Source: the human T2T-CHM13v2.0 reference genome, Homo sapiens. Taken from it: 64,000 bases of DNA. The stretch is from assembly GCF_009914755.1 (NCBI RefSeq), contig NC_060927.1. One strand, written 5' to 3'. The notes below the pieces were generated by a model. That model searched no databases. It was not told where the DNA came from and worked only from the letters and a program-made list of their open reading frames with translations. Below, in pieces: positions 60,041 through 64,000 of the stretch (its first letter is position 1; each line of letters starts with the position of its first letter). A program made the position numbers and the translations under genes.

Positions 60041-62427
60041 GAGTTTCTTAATCCTGAGTTCTAATTTGATTTCACTGTCATGTGAGAGACTGTTTGTTAT
60101 GATTTCCATTCTTTTGCATTTGTTGAGGAGTATTTTACTTCCAATTATGTGGTAAGTTTTAGAATAAGTGTGATGTGGTGCTGAGAAGAATGTATAGTCT
60201 GTTGATTTGGGGTGGAGAGTTCTGTAGATGTCTATTAGGTCTGCTTGGTCCAGAGCTGAGTTCGAGTCCTGAATATCCTTGTTAATTTTCTGTCTCATTG
60301 ATCTGTCTAATATTGACAAGCTCTTCTTGTTGCATTGATCCCTTTACCATTATGTAATGCCCTTATTTGTCTTTTTTGATGTTTGTTGGTTTAAAGCCTG
60401 TTTTATTAGAGACTAGGATTGCAACCCATGCTTTTTTTTGGTTTCCATTTGCTTGGTAAATATTCCTTCATCCCTTTATTTTGAGTCGATGTGTATCTTT
60501 GCATGTGAGATGGGTTTCCTGAATGGGTCTTGACTCTTTATCCAATTTGCCATTCTCTGTCTTTTATTTGGGGCATTTAGCTCATTTATATTTCATGTTA
60601 ATATTGTTATGTGTGAATTTGATCCTATCATTATGATGCTAGCTAGTTATTTTACTTGTTTGTTGATGCAGTTTCTTCATAGTGTTCATGGTCTTTACAA
60701 TTTGCTATGTTTTTGCAGTGGCTGGTACTGGTTTTTCCTTTCTATATTTAGTGCTTCCTTCAGGAGCACTTGTATGACAAGTCTGGTGGTGACAAAATCT
60801 CTCAGCATTTGCTTGTCTGTAAAGGATTTTATTTCTCCTTTGCTTATGAACCTTAGTTTGGCTGGATATAAAATTATGGATTGAAAATTCTTTTCTTTAA
60901 GAATGTTAAATGTTGGCCCCCCACTCTCTTTTGGCTTGTAGGGTCTCTGCAGAGAGATTTGCTGTTAGTCTGACCAAATTCCCTTTGTGGGTAACCCAAC
61001 CTTTCTTTCTGGCTGCCGTTAACATTTTTTCCCTTCATTTCAACCTCGGTGAATCTGATGATTATGTGTCTTGAGGTTGCTATTCTCAAGGAGTATCTTT
61101 GTGGTGTTCCCTGTATTTCCTGAATTTGAATGTTGGCCTGTCTTATTATGTTGGGGAATTTCTCCTGGGTAATATACTGAAGAGTGTTTTCTAACTTGGT
61201 TCCATTCTCCCCGTCACTTTCAGGTCCACCAATCAAATGTCGGTTTGGTCATTTCACATAGTCCCATATTTCCTGGAGGCTTTGTTCATTCCTTTTCATT
61301 CTTTTTTTCTCTAATCTTGTCTTCACACTTTATTTCATTAAGTTGACCGTCAATCTCTGATATCCTTTCTTCCACTTGATCGATTTGGCTATTGATAACT
61401 TGTGTATGCTTCACGAAGTTCGTGTGCTGTGTTTTTCAGCTCCTTCAGGTCATTTATGTTCTTCTTTAAACTGGTTATTCTAGTTAGCAATTCTTCTATC
61501 CTTTTTTCAAGGTTCTTAGCTTCCTCGCATTGAGTTAAAACATGCTCCTTTAGCTCAGAGGAGTTTGCTATTCTGAAGCCAACTTCTGTCAATTTGTCAA
61601 ACTCATTCTCTGTCCATTTTTGTTTTCTTGCATGTGAGGAGTTGTGATCCTTTGGAGGAGAAGAGGTATTCTTGTTTTTGGAATTTTCAGCCTTTTTTGT
61701 GCTGGTTCTTCCTCATTTTCATGGATTTATCTACCTTTGGTCTTTTACATTGATGACCTTCGGATGGGTTTTTGTGTGGACATTCTTTTTGTTGATGTCA
61801 AGGCTATTTATTTCTGTTTGTTAATTTTCCTTCTAACAGTCAGGCCTCTCTGCTGCAGGTCTGCTGGTGTTTGCTGGAGGTCCACTCCAGACCCTGTTTG
61901 CTGGAGCATCACCACTGGAGGCTGCAGAACAGCAAAGATTGCTGCCTGTTCCTTCCTCTGGAAGCTTTGGCCTAGAGGGGCACCTGCCAGATGCCAGCTG
62001 GAGCTCCCCTGTGTGAGGTGTCTCTTGACCCCTGCTGTGAGGTTTCTCCCAGTCAGGAGGCACAGGGGTCAGGGACCCACTTGAGGAGGCAGTCTGTCCC
62101 TTAGCAGAGCTCAAGCACTGTGCTGGGAAATCTGCTGATCTCTTCAGAGCTGGCAGGCAGGAATGTTTAAGTCTGCTGAAGCTGCATTCACAGCCTCCCC
62201 TTCCCCCAGGTGCTCTGTCCCAGGGAGATGAGAGTTTTATCTATAAGCCCCTGAGTGGGGCTGCTGCCTTTCTTTCAGAAATGCCCTGCCTAAAGAGGAG
62301 GAATCTAGCAAGGCAGTCTGGCTACAGTGGCTTTGCTGAGCTGTGGTGGGCTCTGCCCAGTTCGAACTTCCTGGGGACTTTGTTTGTTTACACTGTGAGG
62401 GGAAAACCACCTACTCAAGCCTCAGTA

Positions 62428-62661
62428 ATGGTGGACATCCCTCCCCAAACTGAGCTCAAACGTCCCAGGTCAACTTCAAACTGCTGTGCTGGCAGCGAGA
62501 ATTTCAAGCCAGTGGATCTTAGCTTGCTGGGCTCCATGGGGGTTGGATCTGCTGAGCTAGACCACTGGCTCCCTGGCTTCAGCCCCCTTTCCAGGGGAGT
62601 GAATGGCATCTTGCTGGCATTGCAGGCGCCACTGGGGAATGAAAAAAACTCCTGCAGCTAG
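62428..62661 (+). CDS. ORF0-like antisense ORF in the L1 5' UTR (77 aa, coding status unproven)
   Basis: MVDIPPQTELKRPRSTSNCCAGS...MGVGSAE aligns with recalled L1HS ORF0 (MAGAPPPASL...SDCCASN...VGVGPSE); ATG context gtaATGg. Confidence 0.45.
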   Translation: MVDIPPQTELKRPRSTSNCCAGSENFKPVDLSLLGSMGVGSAELDHWLPGFSPLSRGVNGILLALQAPLGNEKNSCS

Positions 62662-63140
62662 CTCAGTGTCTGCCCAAACAGCAGTCCAGTTTTGTGCTTG
62701 AAACCCAGGGCCCTGGTGGCGAAGGCGCCTGAGGGAATCTCCTGGTCTGTGGATTGCGAAGATCACAGGAAAAGCACAGTGTCTGGGCCAGAGTGCACCA
62801 TTCCTCAAGGCACAGTGCCTCACAGCTTCCCTTGGCTAGGGGAGGGAGTTCCTGACCCCTTGCACTCATGGGTGAGGCGATGCCCACTCTGCTTCAGCTC
62901 GCTCTCTGTGGGCTGCATCCACTGTCTAACCAGTACCAGTGAGATGACCCAGGTACCTCAGTTGGAAATGCAGAAACCACCTGCCTTCTGGGTTGATCTC
63001 GCTGGGAGCTGCAGACTGGAGCTGTTTTTATTGGCTATCTTGCCAGTGACCAGAGATGGTTTCTTTATCTGCCAAATAGCAGGGTCCTTTCCACCTTCAT
63101 GAATCTGTAATATGATTCTATGACAATGTATTTTAAGCTA

Positions 63141-63429
<289 letters not shown>

Positions 63430-63449
63430 TATATTAAACTTTAATGTGC

Positions 63450-63580
63450 GTAATTCACTTAGGTATCTTGTTATAGTGCAGATCATTATTTAGTAGGTCT
63501 GGTTTAGACCCAAGATTCTGCATTTCTAACAAGCTCCCATGTGATGCCAGTGATATTGGTGCATGGGCCAATGCTCTACT
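63450..63580 (-). mobile_element. MER5A/B fragment
   Basis: agtaggtctgg...agattctgcatttctaacaagctcccatgtgatgcc. Confidence 0.75.
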
Positions 63581-63764
63581 AAACAATTTTGATTCTTCTT
63601 TCCTCTTCAAGAAATTAAGAATTTCTTTATAGAAACAGGGACATATACACTTAGAAGAGTTTTTATTTAAGGAAGCTCAGGTGAATCTTTATACATTATG
63701 TAAAATATGTATCATAAGGCATATATCTGCCTTAAAAATATATTATTTTTACTACTACGTATTG

Positions 63765-64000
63765 ATTAGAATGGCTACTTTTTAAATTAAAAATTGATAA
63801 CTCAAATTGCAGGGAAAGATATGGAGGAATAGGAACTCTCATTCATTGATGGTGGAAATGCAAGATGTTGCAACTACTCTGGAAGATCGTTTGGCAGTTT
63901 CTTCCAATGATAAAAATAGTCTTATTGTATGACTCAGCAATCATACTCCTAAGTATTTGCTGACTTAAAAACCTATGTACACACAAAATCTGCATGCAAT
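63765..64000 (+). mobile_element. Old L1M (L1MB/MC) ORF2 3' fragment, running off the window
   Basis: ggaactctcattcattgatggtggaaatgcaa...tttggcagtttctt...tgactcagcaatcatactcctaagtattt. Confidence 0.8.

Overview
Primate (hominoid, since it carries an SVA 5' end) AT-rich intronic/intergenic DNA. I find no host protein-coding exon, RNA gene, CpG island or prokaryotic feature. More than half the window is transposon-derived, and the long ORFs are broken L1 ORF1/ORF2 pieces or antisense/low-complexity noise. Main structures: a 5'-truncated L1PA2-like (6.3-8.1 kb); a twin-primed, 5'-inverted L1PA3-like (21.9-26.4 kb); a decayed ERVL/MLT2 provirus (29.9-32.8 kb); a full-length L1MA1/2 that splits a MIR (40.6-53.4 kb) and hosts a truncated Alu, a complete THE1 with two Alus, and a 2.27-kb chimeric retro-insertion; and a full-length L1PA7-like (55.3-63.05 kb) with a 3' transduction, an ORF0-like antisense ORF and a nested L1PA4-like. 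The most unusual object is the TSD-flanked, polyadenylated insertion at 41850-44120. It joins non-repeat DNA, an LTR, a BNIP3-pseudogene 3' UTR with its own Alu, and an oppositely oriented SVA 5' end, so it is an orphan or SVA-linked transduction, possibly from a KRAB-ZNF cluster. TSDs, junctions and hairpins are read directly from the sequence; family and subfamily names come from recalled consensus sequences and need RepeatMasker/BLAST confirmation. I see no convincing wholly new biological system.
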